From IMG/VR virus record IMGVR_UViG_3300011217_000001, positions 166,358-230,357 of that record: a stretch of DNA of 64,000 nt; one strand, 5' to 3'. The stretch is from a virus. Its lineage: Duplodnaviria; Caudoviricetes. Positions 37,065 to 47,202 of this stretch are shown in pieces. Made by a program: the position numbers and the translations under genes. Position 1 is the first letter of the stretch; every line of letters begins with the position of its first letter. A model generated the notes under the pieces. The model did not search any database. It saw nothing but the letters and a program-made list of their open reading frames with translations, and was not told where the DNA came from.

Positions 37065-37537
37065 ACCTTGAACAACTCGACCCGAACGGCCATGTAGTCT
37101 TTGATCGTTTCGGGTTGGACAGGGTCGACGAGCTGGGTCCGCACAACCACTTGCTCACTACGGTGAGTGACGAAGTTGATTCCATGTCAGTCCAGTTGAT
37201 GTGCATGGAAGAGTACGATGACTTCTATGGGATCTTTGATCACGACTCTCGTTTCGACGAGGATGGTAAGGATCATCGTCCCATGGCGGCCGTCGCCATG
37301 CATCCCAAAGAGCAATACGGATCCTACGGTCCGCTTGAGCACAAGATGTACCGGTACATGATCAATGGGATCAAGGATCGGTTTGGGGTGACGTGGAGCG
37401 AGTTCCTGCAGCTGTCTCGCAGGGAGACGGAAATCATGTTCAAGGCCAACGCTGATTGGTTGGAGCGGCAAAACAAGCTGCAGGCTGCTGCCGAAGCCGC
37501 AGCACGCGATGCCACCAGCGGAAAGGGTGGCAGGTAA
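37010..37537 (+). CDS. C-terminal (T-like) frameshift extension of the gp77-like protein
   Basis: Track ORF 37115..37537 has only a TTG without a clear SD. FGVTWSEFLQLSRRE resembles the C-terminal motif of tail-assembly chaperones. Confidence 0.65.
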   Translation, partial: FHAPRPAHSEGDFRLSDVDLEQLDPNGHVVFDRFGLDRVDELGPHNHLLTTVSDEVDSMSVQLMCMEEYDDFYGIFDHDSRFDEDGKDHRPMAAVAMHPKEQYGSYGPLEHKMYRYMINGIKDRFGVTWSEFLQLSRRETEIMFKANADWLERQNKLQAAAEAAARDATSGKGGR

Positions 37538-37597
37538 CAAAGAAAAAAAGAAACAGGCATAGCTCCCTCTCCCTTGCGGGAGAGGGAGTATGTCCGT
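37538..37597. terminator. Bidirectional terminator
   Basis: CTCCCTCTCCC-TTGC-GGGAGAGGGAG stem, with an A-run and GGCATA on the left and TATGTC on the right. Confidence 0.7.
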
Positions 37598-37602
37598 GCG
37601 GC

Positions 37603-38910
37603 TTATTCCAGGTAGATCGGGAAGTGTGCGACATGGGCCTCGTTGATGAAGCTAATGTGCGCCATGAAGAACGGAGCAGCGCTGCCCGCAGCGTTCTCCA
37701 TACCGCAACCACCGCAGTGCTCGACACTCATGAAAGAGCTCCTACCATCAACCCTTGAGCGATCCAGGAGGCGATGAAGCGCGTGCTTGGCAGCTTCCTG
37801 ATAAAGGGGTGAGGTATAGATGGGAGTCTTGCCGTCGAGATACTTCAGAATGTCTTCCTTGATCATCTTCTCCTCATCCGGCACGATGTGATTGAACAGC
37901 TTCCCAAGCTCTTCGTTGCGCAGGGTGTTGCCTGCCAGTGTCTGGGTTTCCATCGAGACAATACCGGTCTCTTCGTCCAAGCGGATGAAGAAGCGGTAGT
38001 CCTGATTCCGGAGGTTCATCACGCCACTGGTGCCATTCGTAGCGTAGTGAGCCGCCATCATGCGGTTCTTAGGCCACGTGCGGCACCCTGCCACAAACTG
38101 GGCTACCAGAATATGTTTGGCTTCCACGGTAAGCTCATTCATCTTGCCGGCGAGATCGACTGGACGGACAAGCGAGATATCGCGCTTGAGTTCTTCGCCG
38201 TACTCCATGTAGCCAGGAACGCTACCGTCCCTCGGAACATCGAACATGCTCATGACCAGGGTCTTACCCGGCATCAGCTTCTCATCGACGTACGTCTCAA
38301 ACTCGGTGGACACATCGTCGATATCCACGGTGTGAACCCTGACCGCCGACCTCGGGATATCGAGCGACTTCGCGCAGCCGATGATGCCGTTGTAGACACG
38401 CAGGCTCTTGATGGTCGGGTGGGTGTCGAACAGATACTGAGCCATGGCCTGATTACGGGCAGCCACTGCCTTAATACCTTCGATAGTTACCGGGCCATCC
38501 AGAACGACCGGGTGATCCTTCAGGTACAGTTCTGCGTTGTACTGCAGACTGCTACGCAGGTGGACGCGGAACTCGCCACCGGTGTAGGTCTTGCCGTGAG
38601 TCAGCTTCTTCAGCGTCTCGGCCACGTTGAGAAGATCGTCGACTGCACGGTTACTCATGCGCGCCGCCATGGCGTCCATGTGTTCGCACGGCGGACGAGT
38701 GTAGCCCTTGTAGTCGCCGTCGTTGAGCAGAGCGATCACACGCTCCCACAGGCACGTCTCATTGACGAACCCGATGCGCTCCATGTACTTGGTCATCTCC
38801 TTGACGTGTTCTTCGGTGACGACAGCACCGGCTTCCAGCATCAGACCGAGCACAGTGTGCAGGCGGATCATGTTGCTGCGCAGTTCAGTAGCTTGTTCAG
38901 ACATCGACAT
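37603..38910 (-). CDS. Hypothetical protein (accessory)
   Basis: 435-aa ORF with an AAGGAG upstream; no recognised motif. Confidence 0.7.
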   Translation of the reverse strand: MSMSEQATELRSNMIRLHTVLGLMLEAGAVVTEEHVKEMTKYMERIGFVNETCLWERVIALLNDGDYKGYTRPPCEHMDAMAARMSNRAVDDLLNVAETLKKLTHGKTYTGGEFRVHLRSSLQYNAELYLKDHPVVLDGPVTIEGIKAVAARNQAMAQYLFDTHPTIKSLRVYNGIIGCAKSLDIPRSAVRVHTVDIDDVSTEFETYVDEKLMPGKTLVMSMFDVPRDGSVPGYMEYGEELKRDISLVRPVDLAGKMNELTVEAKHILVAQFVAGCRTWPKNRMMAAHYATNGTSGVMNLRNQDYRFFIRLDEETGIVSMETQTLAGNTLRNEELGKLFNHIVPDEEKMIKEDILKYLDGKTPIYTSPLYQEAAKHALHRLLDRSRVDGRSSFMSVEHCGGCGMENAAGSAAPFFMAHISFINEAHVAHFPIYLE

Positions 38911-38976
38911 CTTTGTTCTTGCTCCTTGGTTGTTTACAGCATATCGCCCCTCCCGGATGGGAGGGGCTTTATGTTC

Positions 38977-39627
38977 TTAGGCCGAGAACTCGGTAGCGCC
39001 TTCAGCAAGCGCTTCGTCTCGTGCGTCGAAGTATTCCTCGACGATGGGCATGATTGCAGTCAGGAACCGGAAGGGGATCGCCAACTGTCCAGCCAGATGG
39101 ATGTAGCCGCAGCGAGGATCGGTGGGGTAGAGCTCACAGGAGCTATCAGCCAAGATAGCGGCCAACATGCTCAGTGCCAGATTCTCGCTGTCCGATGGTT
39201 CCATATCCGGACCGTTCAGGCTGGAAGTGATGAAGCTCAGCCCAGCGGTGATGAAAACGCGACCATTGAGGTTCATCATCTTCATCGTCGTGTCCGGACC
39301 AAGCATGTAGGCCATGCCGGTCAGTACCCGCTTGATCGAGGGGAGCAGGTCGGCAGCACGATTGTCCTGACGCCACTCCTCCTGAATCATCCGATCATCA
39401 GCCCACACGCCAGCGATGACCTGCAGGCGCGGCTTATGGGTAAGCATTGCCATCCAGCGCTTCTGGTAGTGCTTGGTATGGATCGTGCGCCACGCGTTCT
39501 TGAAGTCGCGGCATTCTTCCATGTAATCCCGCCAGTCCTTCTCAACAGGCGTGTGTGCAGTCTGGGGAGGTGCGCTCCCCAGGATCTGCTCGCCGTATAC
39601 CAACTGCGGCGTCTCGTTTGTTTCCAT
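38977..39627 (-). CDS. Hypothetical protein
   Basis: ATG immediately after the helicase stop; AAGGTG SD. Confidence 0.65.
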   Translation of the reverse strand: METNETPQLVYGEQILGSAPPQTAHTPVEKDWRDYMEECRDFKNAWRTIHTKHYQKRWMAMLTHKPRLQVIAGVWADDRMIQEEWRQDNRAADLLPSIKRVLTGMAYMLGPDTTMKMMNLNGRVFITAGLSFITSSLNGPDMEPSDSENLALSMLAAILADSSCELYPTDPRCGYIHLAGQLAIPFRFLTAIMPIVEEYFDARDEALAEGATEFSA

Positions 39628-39628
39628 G

Positions 39629-41173
39629 TCACACCTTGTAAGAGGTAAGCAATGTTCTGTGTCCAATCACTCGGCCGGAGAAATGCTCCAGCTTGTTCAT
39701 GTGGTACTGGACTTGCTTTTCAATCTGGTTGCAGAAGATGTAGTAGAACTCAGGCGTCACCCCGAGGAACTCGCCCTTCATCTTGCGCAGGCGACCAAGC
39801 ACCTGCAGGTTGGATTGGATCGAGTCGATGGAGTCGGTCATCAGGACCACCCACAGGCCATCAACGTCAACTGCCGTACCTGCTGACTGGATCGTACTGA
39901 CCACAATGTCTGCAGTATGCAAGTCAGCGTAATCATCCTCGCCGACGTAGCGGTTGACCTTCTGATCTGGGAACATCGGGGTGATGAACTTAACGATCAG
40001 CGTACACATCTCAACGGTGGAGGCGAAGATCAACATCTTCTTGCCCGGCACCATGCGATTGATGAACGTGGTCTTGGTGATGCCTGCGATCATGGTCAGA
40101 TAGTTGCGCAAGCGCTCCTTGTCTTTCATGATCGACTCTTCGTACGCGGTATGGGAGTAGCCCATGCTGCGCTTGAATCGCATGCCCTTCTGGGAGATCA
40201 ACGTGTAGGACAGCGCCGTGACGGCGATGTACTTGTCGTATTCGATTTCAGGTGATCGTTCCAACTTCGGGAACTTGACCTGATACATCTCGGTGATCTT
40301 GGGATTGCCGTTGACCAGCGTTGCCGACATATTCATCGACTTGGCGCCGTGGGTGTACAAGTCCATCTTGAAGTTCAGATGGAAGTCATTGTGCACTTCG
40401 TCCACAGCGATCACGCCAGCCTTGGTGGCTTCACACAGCATGTCTGGGTTGAGCGGGTAGTCGCCGGATTGACCGCGCGTATGCTCGTAGTCCTTCACCC
40501 AGAGCTGATATGTCTTGTTGGACATGATCGTGAAGTCAACGTCGAAGGTGCCGTCGATGCACGCCTGAAGCATGTTCGACAACGCGCCACCGCCTCGGAT
40601 GACTGCCAGCGACGTATCGGTCTCCTTGAACATCTCACGGAAGTCAAGGATCCACTTGTCGATGTACTTGGGGCGAATGATCAGGATCACTCGCTTCTGG
40701 AGTTTGTAGACAGACTCCAGGAACAACATCGTCTTACCCTTACCGGTCTGGAGGGTGACGACCTTGGTCTTGCCATCGGCAATGAAATACTCATGCAGAG
40801 GAACCTGATAATCGAACAGGTTCTTCGTAGAAATCTTGACGAAGTTTGCGATCGCCGGAGTGTAACCCTCGTGCTCGACAATCTGGATCTTGTTTGGACC
40901 GATGTCGTAGGCGGTGAGGTGGCGCTTCAGCGCTTCGAAGTGATTGATGTGGAACCTGAACTCCGATCTATCTTTGGTCGCCGCAGCGAAGATCGAAGTG
41001 ATGCACTGGATGGACTTACCACGACCTATCGGCTTCCACCCACGGATACCCTGGGCAATAGCGAACTCGAACAACGCAGTCTTACCGAGCGTGTCGAATT
41101 TGGTCGCTTTCACGTAATGCGAATATACGTCAATGCGCATCGCGTAATCGAGCTGATCCACGGATATCTCCAA
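39629..41173 (-). CDS. SF2 (UvsW/Rad25-like) helicase, phiKZ gp75-like
   Basis: LFDYQ Q-motif, LQTGKGKT, VDEVH, MSAT and QVLGRLR. Confidence 0.9.
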   Translation of the reverse strand: MEISVDQLDYAMRIDVYSHYVKATKFDTLGKTALFEFAIAQGIRGWKPIGRGKSIQCITSIFAAATKDRSEFRFHINHFEALKRHLTAYDIGPNKIQIVEHEGYTPAIANFVKISTKNLFDYQVPLHEYFIADGKTKVVTLQTGKGKTMLFLESVYKLQKRVILIIRPKYIDKWILDFREMFKETDTSLAVIRGGGALSNMLQACIDGTFDVDFTIMSNKTYQLWVKDYEHTRGQSGDYPLNPDMLCEATKAGVIAVDEVHNDFHLNFKMDLYTHGAKSMNMSATLVNGNPKITEMYQVKFPKLERSPEIEYDKYIAVTALSYTLISQKGMRFKRSMGYSHTAYEESIMKDKERLRNYLTMIAGITKTTFINRMVPGKKMLIFASTVEMCTLIVKFITPMFPDQKVNRYVGEDDYADLHTADIVVSTIQSAGTAVDVDGLWVVLMTDSIDSIQSNLQVLGRLRKMKGEFLGVTPEFYYIFCNQIEKQVQYHMNKLEHFSGRVIGHRTLLTSYKV

Positions 41174-41214
41174 AGAAAAAATGAGGGGCTGCTAAAACAG
41201 CCCCTCGCTCACTA

Positions 41215-43167
41215 CTAACCGATGACCATCTCATCGAGCACATGCGGCGGACGATGCCGCAGGATGTAGGACTCGACGTCGGTGATCGAACCGATCTGGT
41301 CCTGATAGGCCAACACGCCAGTCAGGGATCGACGGGTCATGTTGTTGCCGAACGTACCGAAGTGCACCGGGTCACCGCCCTTGGGCAGGCGATGGTCACG
41401 GGCTTCCGGATCACGCACCATGGTGGAGTACATCAGTACCTCCAGGTAGGCGATCGGGACAGTCAGCTTGGAGCTGGCCATCTCATACAGTTCGGCGAGA
41501 GCAGAGTCAATGCTGTTGAAGTCACTCAACACACGACGCTTCTCGATGCCCATCTTCTTGCGCTCGGAGCGACCGGAGGATCGCAGGAACGCTTCCATCC
41601 AGCGCATGTAGTCGACCATGTTGATGTGACGCTGGGGCAGCTCGAAAGCTGGCTTGTTCACATCGAACTCGGACATGTCGATCACGATGTTGCCTTCGTG
41701 GTTGATCGTCCAGCTCTTGCGCTTGATGTAGTCCAGGATGTCGTAGGTCAGGTAGGCCTTGCGACCATTCATCTCGACCGGGATGACCATGACCTGTACA
41801 TTGGATCCTTCTCCGATGACCAATTTTACAGCAGTCATCTCGCTCATGCGGGAGATCGGCAGCTGGTCCACTTCCGACACGAAGTTGACGTCGGACAGGT
41901 ACTTCGCTTCCGATGCGTGCAGCACCATCTTGAACTTCTGCTTCCCCATCAGCTCGGTGAACTGAATCTGGTTGGGGTCATCGGCGACCTGGATGTACAG
42001 CTTGTCCATGTCACTGATGTTGATCTCATCCACCGAGGCATTGCTGTCAAGATGCTTGGTGGACAGGATCAGCTGAGAGATCAGCTTACAGAAGACCGTG
42101 GCCGCCACGTGGCCCAGGTTGGTGTCGCGCGGGATGGAGATCCACAGCTCACCGAAGCACGTCGAACAGACCGTACCATGATCCTTGTGCTGACAGTGTG
42201 GCACCGAGCGCATCTTGATCTTGGCGCCATGCAGGTGGCGATCCGTTTCCTGCAGGATCTTCAGCTCACCATCATCGCCGTAGTAGTACTTACCGGCGAA
42301 GGCCTTCAGGTCGCTGGCCTTGATGTTGAAGTTGGTGTAGTACGGCGTACCACAATCACCGCGCTCCACGCGACGCACCACGTTCGCAGACAGCTGCTGC
42401 TTACGGTTGTGGTACTCCGAGTCGGCCAACGGATCCTTGTTGAACAGCAGCGACTTGGAAGCCGACTGCGCCTCGATCATGAACTCGTACAGCGTGTTCA
42501 GACCTTCGATGTAGCCCGACATCACCGGTTCGCGGAACGTCACCGATGCGATATCGGTAATGAAGCCACGAGGGCCGATACACTGGATGATCTGATCGAT
42601 CGATACCAGCTTACGGCGAGCAACCTTGGCCGTTGCGTTGTGGCTCAGGTCCGGTGCTTCCAGCAGCGCTTCCTTGATAGCCGAGTGGGCCTTCTTGATA
42701 CCGCGCTGGGTGGGCAGAGCCGCTGCTTTGGCTGCTGCAATCTCCGGATAGTCCACGACCTCGATCAGGTCCAGGATATCGAGCGATGTGGCGTTCTCCT
42801 CACAGTTCAGCGTGAAGTTGTTGAACACCGCATTCACGATCTCATACAGGAACTTGCAGAGATCTTCGATATCGGCCGGATGCTTCTTGAGGTCGTAGGT
42901 ATCGAACACGTTGAACAGCATCGTGCCCAACATCTTCAGGAACGCCTGGTTGGAGAACTCCTTGTCAGAGTACAGGTGTTCCTTCCTCAGTGGCGTGTCA
43001 GGCCACTCGTTGACGAATCGCCAGATGTAGGAGGACAGGATCAAGTAGCGACCCTTGACCTCCATTACTCCGTCGTCGAACTCGACCTCGTGCAGGCCAT
43101 CGGGAATATCCCAGAGTTCGTCGTGGGACATCGCTGCGACGTCCCGTGCCTTGTAGTACTTGCTCAT
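41215..43167 (-). CDS. Non-virion RNAP beta' C-terminal subunit (phiKZ gp74-like)
   Basis: QCIGPRG, GYIEGL, GDCGT, RSVPHC...VCSTCFG and the trigger loop SQLILSTKH. Confidence 0.9.
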   Translation of the reverse strand: MSKYYKARDVAAMSHDELWDIPDGLHEVEFDDGVMEVKGRYLILSSYIWRFVNEWPDTPLRKEHLYSDKEFSNQAFLKMLGTMLFNVFDTYDLKKHPADIEDLCKFLYEIVNAVFNNFTLNCEENATSLDILDLIEVVDYPEIAAAKAAALPTQRGIKKAHSAIKEALLEAPDLSHNATAKVARRKLVSIDQIIQCIGPRGFITDIASVTFREPVMSGYIEGLNTLYEFMIEAQSASKSLLFNKDPLADSEYHNRKQQLSANVVRRVERGDCGTPYYTNFNIKASDLKAFAGKYYYGDDGELKILQETDRHLHGAKIKMRSVPHCQHKDHGTVCSTCFGELWISIPRDTNLGHVAATVFCKLISQLILSTKHLDSNASVDEINISDMDKLYIQVADDPNQIQFTELMGKQKFKMVLHASEAKYLSDVNFVSEVDQLPISRMSEMTAVKLVIGEGSNVQVMVIPVEMNGRKAYLTYDILDYIKRKSWTINHEGNIVIDMSEFDVNKPAFELPQRHINMVDYMRWMEAFLRSSGRSERKKMGIEKRRVLSDFNSIDSALAELYEMASSKLTVPIAYLEVLMYSTMVRDPEARDHRLPKGGDPVHFGTFGNNMTRRSLTGVLAYQDQIGSITDVESYILRHRPPHVLDEMVIG

Positions 43168-43172
43168 AGTCC

Positions 43173-45284
43173 TCACAGACGCTGGAGGGTTTCACCCGAT
43201 TCGGGATCGACCTGGATCATCCGGAAGCCGAAGCAGCCGAAGATGTGCTTCGGGAAACGCAGGTTGCGTCCCTGACCTCGCGGGGCGACGTTGCGGTCCA
43301 CCGCCGAATCCATGTTACTCGGAGTCGGATGGGTCAGCAGGTTGTACACGATGTTGCCGTGCGTCACCGGGCTGTTGGACTGCTCGATCAGTTCAGCGAA
43401 CGAGCCCTGTGCGATTGCCTCGCCCAGACGACTTTCTGCTTCACCGCCCACTCGGGTCGAACCGGTACGACCGGGTTCGCTGTAACGATCACGCTGCGTG
43501 CGCTTGGCCGGGAAGCCGAAGTGACTGGTCTTACCGGACGATACTGCTGCCCAGTCATTGCCGGTCTTCTCCAGGATCAGGATGTACATCCCGCCGATAC
43601 GCACCTTGTTCTTGGTGGTGATCTTGTTGCCACGCTTGCCGATGAAGGACACCGGACCATACGGCGTCGGGTATTCCTTCTCCAGTTCACGCACCATGTC
43701 GATCGAACGGCGCGGGTTGTCACATGGGATCGTCAGTCGGATCTGGTCCTTCACCACCGATTCGACATGTTCTGCCGCAGAGCCCTGATAGCTGGCGCTG
43801 GTCAGCAGTCGGTGCTTCACCGGGGAACAGATGGCATAGAAGCCAAGCAGGTAGTTCCAGATCTCTTCGATCGAGACCTTCTTGTCGTACATGTCGCGTA
43901 CCACACCCGTGTGATACAGACAGGCCGATGCGAAGTACTGACGATACAGACGACCCATGTTCATGCGCTTGATGCCAGACTCAGCATCCATGACGATGTC
44001 AGCGCGATTGCCGTGCATGTCCACCGGCATCTCTTCACGCTTGCGCACTTCCACGAAGACGCCCTTGTCACCATCCTGCCCCGTGGCCTTGGAACCGATG
44101 TCCGGGATCACCGGGTATTCCACCGTGATCTCGATACGCCAGTCATCCAGCGGCTCGTTGCGGTAGGTGTAGGTGATCTTCTGATCGCCACCGTTGCTGG
44201 GATCGTCAGCGATGGCCTTGACCATTGCTTCTTCCAGTCGCTCGCCCAGCTGGAACGGACGACCACTGCGCTTGCGTTCACGCTCCACGCCATCGACGGT
44301 ATCCACGATCGCCTTGTAATAGCGCGAAGCGGCCGAGTGATAGCGTGCTGGCTGCACTTCCATGCCCACCGGAGTCGGCGGTGCCGAGGTACGACGGTTG
44401 TCATGCCACACCTGGATATCGCGAACGATAGCGCCCGGTGGTGCGTAGATCACATCGTCATGCGGCGGATCAGGAGTCCGCAACGCCTGGGGCGACATGT
44501 GGATCGGTGCGAGGATCGGGTCGTACTCACGCAGTGCGCAGACGATGCCGTCCTCTGCCACCGCCTGACCGATCTCGGGGAACGGCCGGTAGTCGCCGGA
44601 GTCCCGCCCATACATGTTGAGCGGGAAGCGCTTCTTGCCGAAGCTGAAGACGCGGGTCTCAATACCCACCGAGGTGATCGACTCCAGGAAGTCTTCGGAG
44701 ACGATGATACCGTCCTCGATGACCCCCGGCAGCGACATCAGGGCAACCTGCGCCTCGATGCCGAAGTTGTAGTCGCCGTTCTCATCCACGTTGGGTGAGT
44801 CAGCGATGATCGTGCCCTCTGCGATGTGGGCACCCTCGTAGAGCATCTTCTCTGCAGCGGTGGGAACGTAGACGAACCCGAAGTGCTGGTGATGGATGCA
44901 GTGGCGAGGGATCTCGATGCAGTCCAGCCGACCAGCTCGGCTATCGGCATCCTCGAAGATCACCAGCGTGGAAGGATTCTCGCGGATGGACTCGTAACCG
45001 ACCGTGCGCGTGTTGTACTTGGGAATGACTTTGCGAATGATCGCGTTGCACGGCATCTTGATGTTGAAGGTGTACTGACCGTAATCCCACTCCGTACCAG
45101 TGGAAACAACGGGCGGACAAGAACCACGAATAACCTGGGTCTGCCCCATGTGCGATGTCCACATCTGCGCACGTGAGGATGAGGTTTCTGCAGGGAAGCT
45201 GTTGAGTGAACTCAACCCCAGCAACTGAGGTGCCAACTGTTCACGACCCTGGGGGTTGCTGAAGTTGGGCGAATGCTCGGACAT
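43173..45284 (-). CDS. Non-virion RNAP beta C-terminal subunit (phiKZ gp71/73-like), uninterrupted
   Basis: SSSRAQMWTSHMGQ, IEDGIIVS, GSKATGQDGDKGV, MPVDMHGNRADIVMD...KRMNMG and RVGGEAESR. Confidence 0.92.
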   Translation of the reverse strand: MSEHSPNFSNPQGREQLAPQLLGLSSLNSFPAETSSSRAQMWTSHMGQTQVIRGSCPPVVSTGTEWDYGQYTFNIKMPCNAIIRKVIPKYNTRTVGYESIRENPSTLVIFEDADSRAGRLDCIEIPRHCIHHQHFGFVYVPTAAEKMLYEGAHIAEGTIIADSPNVDENGDYNFGIEAQVALMSLPGVIEDGIIVSEDFLESITSVGIETRVFSFGKKRFPLNMYGRDSGDYRPFPEIGQAVAEDGIVCALREYDPILAPIHMSPQALRTPDPPHDDVIYAPPGAIVRDIQVWHDNRRTSAPPTPVGMEVQPARYHSAASRYYKAIVDTVDGVERERKRSGRPFQLGERLEEAMVKAIADDPSNGGDQKITYTYRNEPLDDWRIEITVEYPVIPDIGSKATGQDGDKGVFVEVRKREEMPVDMHGNRADIVMDAESGIKRMNMGRLYRQYFASACLYHTGVVRDMYDKKVSIEEIWNYLLGFYAICSPVKHRLLTSASYQGSAAEHVESVVKDQIRLTIPCDNPRRSIDMVRELEKEYPTPYGPVSFIGKRGNKITTKNKVRIGGMYILILEKTGNDWAAVSSGKTSHFGFPAKRTQRDRYSEPGRTGSTRVGGEAESRLGEAIAQGSFAELIEQSNSPVTHGNIVYNLLTHPTPSNMDSAVDRNVAPRGQGRNLRFPKHIFGCFGFRMIQVDPESGETLQRL

Positions 45285-45339
45285 TCTTGATGCTCCATTG
45301 GCCTAGCGAAAGCAGACTTCAAAACTCTTCTGCTAATGA

Positions 45340-45365
45340 ATGATATAGGTTTGTACTTTTTTCTT
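45340..45365 (-). promoter_or_regulatory. Putative early promoter for the nvRNAP/helicase operon
   Basis: AAAAGTACAAACCTATATCAT on the minus strand. Confidence 0.55.
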
Positions 45366-45376
45366 TTGGAGCGGTC

Positions 45377-45736
45377 ATGCAAGCGAGTCTGCGCAGCGCG
45401 AAACGAGACGATGGGACCGACATCTATTACGACCCTGACTTTCTCCGGATGATTGAATCCCATCTGGGTCTGTTGCGCCGTGATCCGTCCACCCGGTCCA
45501 TGGCTATCCCTGAACGACATGGGTGGAAGAACGAGGGCGACTTGGCAGGGCTGCTCACCGTCATGGACGTCCCAAGGTTCATGCACCACATTGTCATGCG
45601 CGTAAACAACATGCGCAGCAATGAGGACTTCCTCGGGACTGAGACGTCTCTGCTGGTTCCATCTTCTCAGGTTATCGAGAAGCTCCGCTCTCGCTACATT
45701 ACCGAGAAGCGCACTCTGATGACCTCCGGACAGTGA
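45377..45736 (+). CDS. Small conserved protein, LysM/T4 gp53-like baseplate component (inferred)
   Basis: EGDLAGLL...HHIVMRVNNMRSNEDF...LLVP resembles the gp53/LysM-like pattern; GGAG SD. Confidence 0.6.
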   Translation: MQASLRSAKRDDGTDIYYDPDFLRMIESHLGLLRRDPSTRSMAIPERHGWKNEGDLAGLLTVMDVPRFMHHIVMRVNNMRSNEDFLGTETSLLVPSSQVIEKLRSRYITEKRTLMTSGQ

Positions 45737-45789
45737 TCCGGAGGCAAAAAAATAAGCGGGGGGTTTGATCCCCCCGCTTATGCCGTTAC

Positions 45790-47202
45790 TCAGTAGCGAC
45801 GGTCACGACGCCCACGGCCACGGTCATCGCGGTCGTAGCGGTCGTCACGATCACGCCTGCTGCTGCGGCGGTCATCGCGATCATCACGATCACGTTCGCT
45901 GCGGAAGTGGTAATCACGGTCACGACCGCGATCATCACGCTCTTCAGAACGCCAGCCATTCCGAGGCCTCTGATGATATCCACCGCGATCGGAGTAGCCA
46001 TCGCGCCGGCTTCCGGACCTCGAATCGTCGCGATCCCTGGACGACGACGAGTCGCGGAAAGGGGCGCTATCCGCCCGGCCGGTGTAACGGTCGGTCAGGC
46101 TGCTGCGAGCGGGCTCACGTTCGTCATCACGACGATCACGATCACGCCCACGGCTTTCATCGCGCTCACGACGGTAGCGGTCACGGGACTCGGAGAACTC
46201 GCGGTCACCACGGCGTTCGTCACGCAGGGGATCACGACGGTCATCGCGTTCCTCGTTGCGACGGGTTTCCGGCACGCGTTCCGGTTCGGTCGGCTTCTCG
46301 CGTTCCTTGTCGTCGCCCGGCGCGCGGTCTTCGACGGCCACGTTGCCTTCGTTGCCCGACATCGACGGCACCTGCACGGCGAGGTTGTCCAGGTCGTCCA
46401 TGCCATCGAACCAGCTCAGGTCGATATGCAGGTCGTTGACGTCCTCGTTCTTGTCGCGGAACAGCTCGCTGATTTCGTTGATCTGGCTGGCCACCTTGTG
46501 GTAGGCACGCATCAGAGCGTCGAAGTTGGGAGCGATCAGCGCGTTGCTGCCGTAGCTGTAGGTGTTGGGCACGGCACAGCCCGGCACCACCAGGTCCATC
46601 AGGTTGAACAGCGCCTTCGGGTCACGCTTGCGGACCTTGATACCGAACAGCTCGGTCTTTTCCAGATCGATCTGCTCGATGTACGGGAAGTCCACCTTGG
46701 CCACGCGGCTGTAGGTGGTATCACCGATCACACCGCTCTTGCGCAGGAACAGCTTGAACGGCCGGTATTCCTTGTGCTCGGCGAAGGTTTCGGTGATCTT
46801 CTCGAAGGTCTTGACCAGCTTGTCGTCGGCATCAGCCAGCTGGCGCAGCTTCTTGATCGCGGCCGGTGGCAGCGACTTGTGGCTTTCCGGATCGGCAGCG
46901 ATGTCCAGCACATGTGCCATGGTCAGCGTCAGAGCGGTGCCCAGTCGCAGGGTCACCAGCTCCTTCAGCTTCTTCAGCACTTCCGACTCACCCCGGAAGA
47001 TCTTTTCCGAGAGCGGGTGGAAGACCACGACGCCGTCATCGATGCCGCCCCGCAGGACTTCGTCGATGGGCATCGCAGCACGCTTACCGCCGATCAGCAG
47101 TGGGCGCTCCTCGTTGCCCACGAGCAGGGACAGCTTGCCATTTTCGCCCGATACCACATTGAGCGAATCAAGCAGGGAACTATAGAACGGAATCAGCGTC
47201 AT
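45790..47202 (-). CDS. phiKZ gp70-like nuclear-shell-associated protein with a long RD/RE-rich tail
   Basis: VFHPLSE...GES, YSYGS...APNF and VPSMSGNEG; directly follows PicA; about 150 aa of mixed-charge C-terminus. Confidence 0.75.
   Translation of the reverse strand: MTLIPFYSSLLDSLNVVSGENGKLSLLVGNEERPLLIGGKRAAMPIDEVLRGGIDDGVVVFHPLSEKIFRGESEVLKKLKELVTLRLGTALTLTMAHVLDIAADPESHKSLPPAAIKKLRQLADADDKLVKTFEKITETFAEHKEYRPFKLFLRKSGVIGDTTYSRVAKVDFPYIEQIDLEKTELFGIKVRKRDPKALFNLMDLVVPGCAVPNTYSYGSNALIAPNFDALMRAYHKVASQINEISELFRDKNEDVNDLHIDLSWFDGMDDLDNLAVQVPSMSGNEGNVAVEDRAPGDDKEREKPTEPERVPETRRNEERDDRRDPLRDERRGDREFSESRDRYRRERDESRGRDRDRRDDEREPARSSLTDRYTGRADSAPFRDSSSSRDRDDSRSGSRRDGYSDRGGYHQRPRNGWRSEERDDRGRDRDYHFRSERDRDDRDDRRSSRRDRDDRYDRDDRGRGRRDRRY

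Noticed and set aside
45790-46260. Repetitive CACGA/CGCGA-rich DNA resembling a repeat array or CRISPR
   Set aside because: It encodes the RD-rich tail of the gp70-like protein; there are no constant-length repeats with unique spacers.
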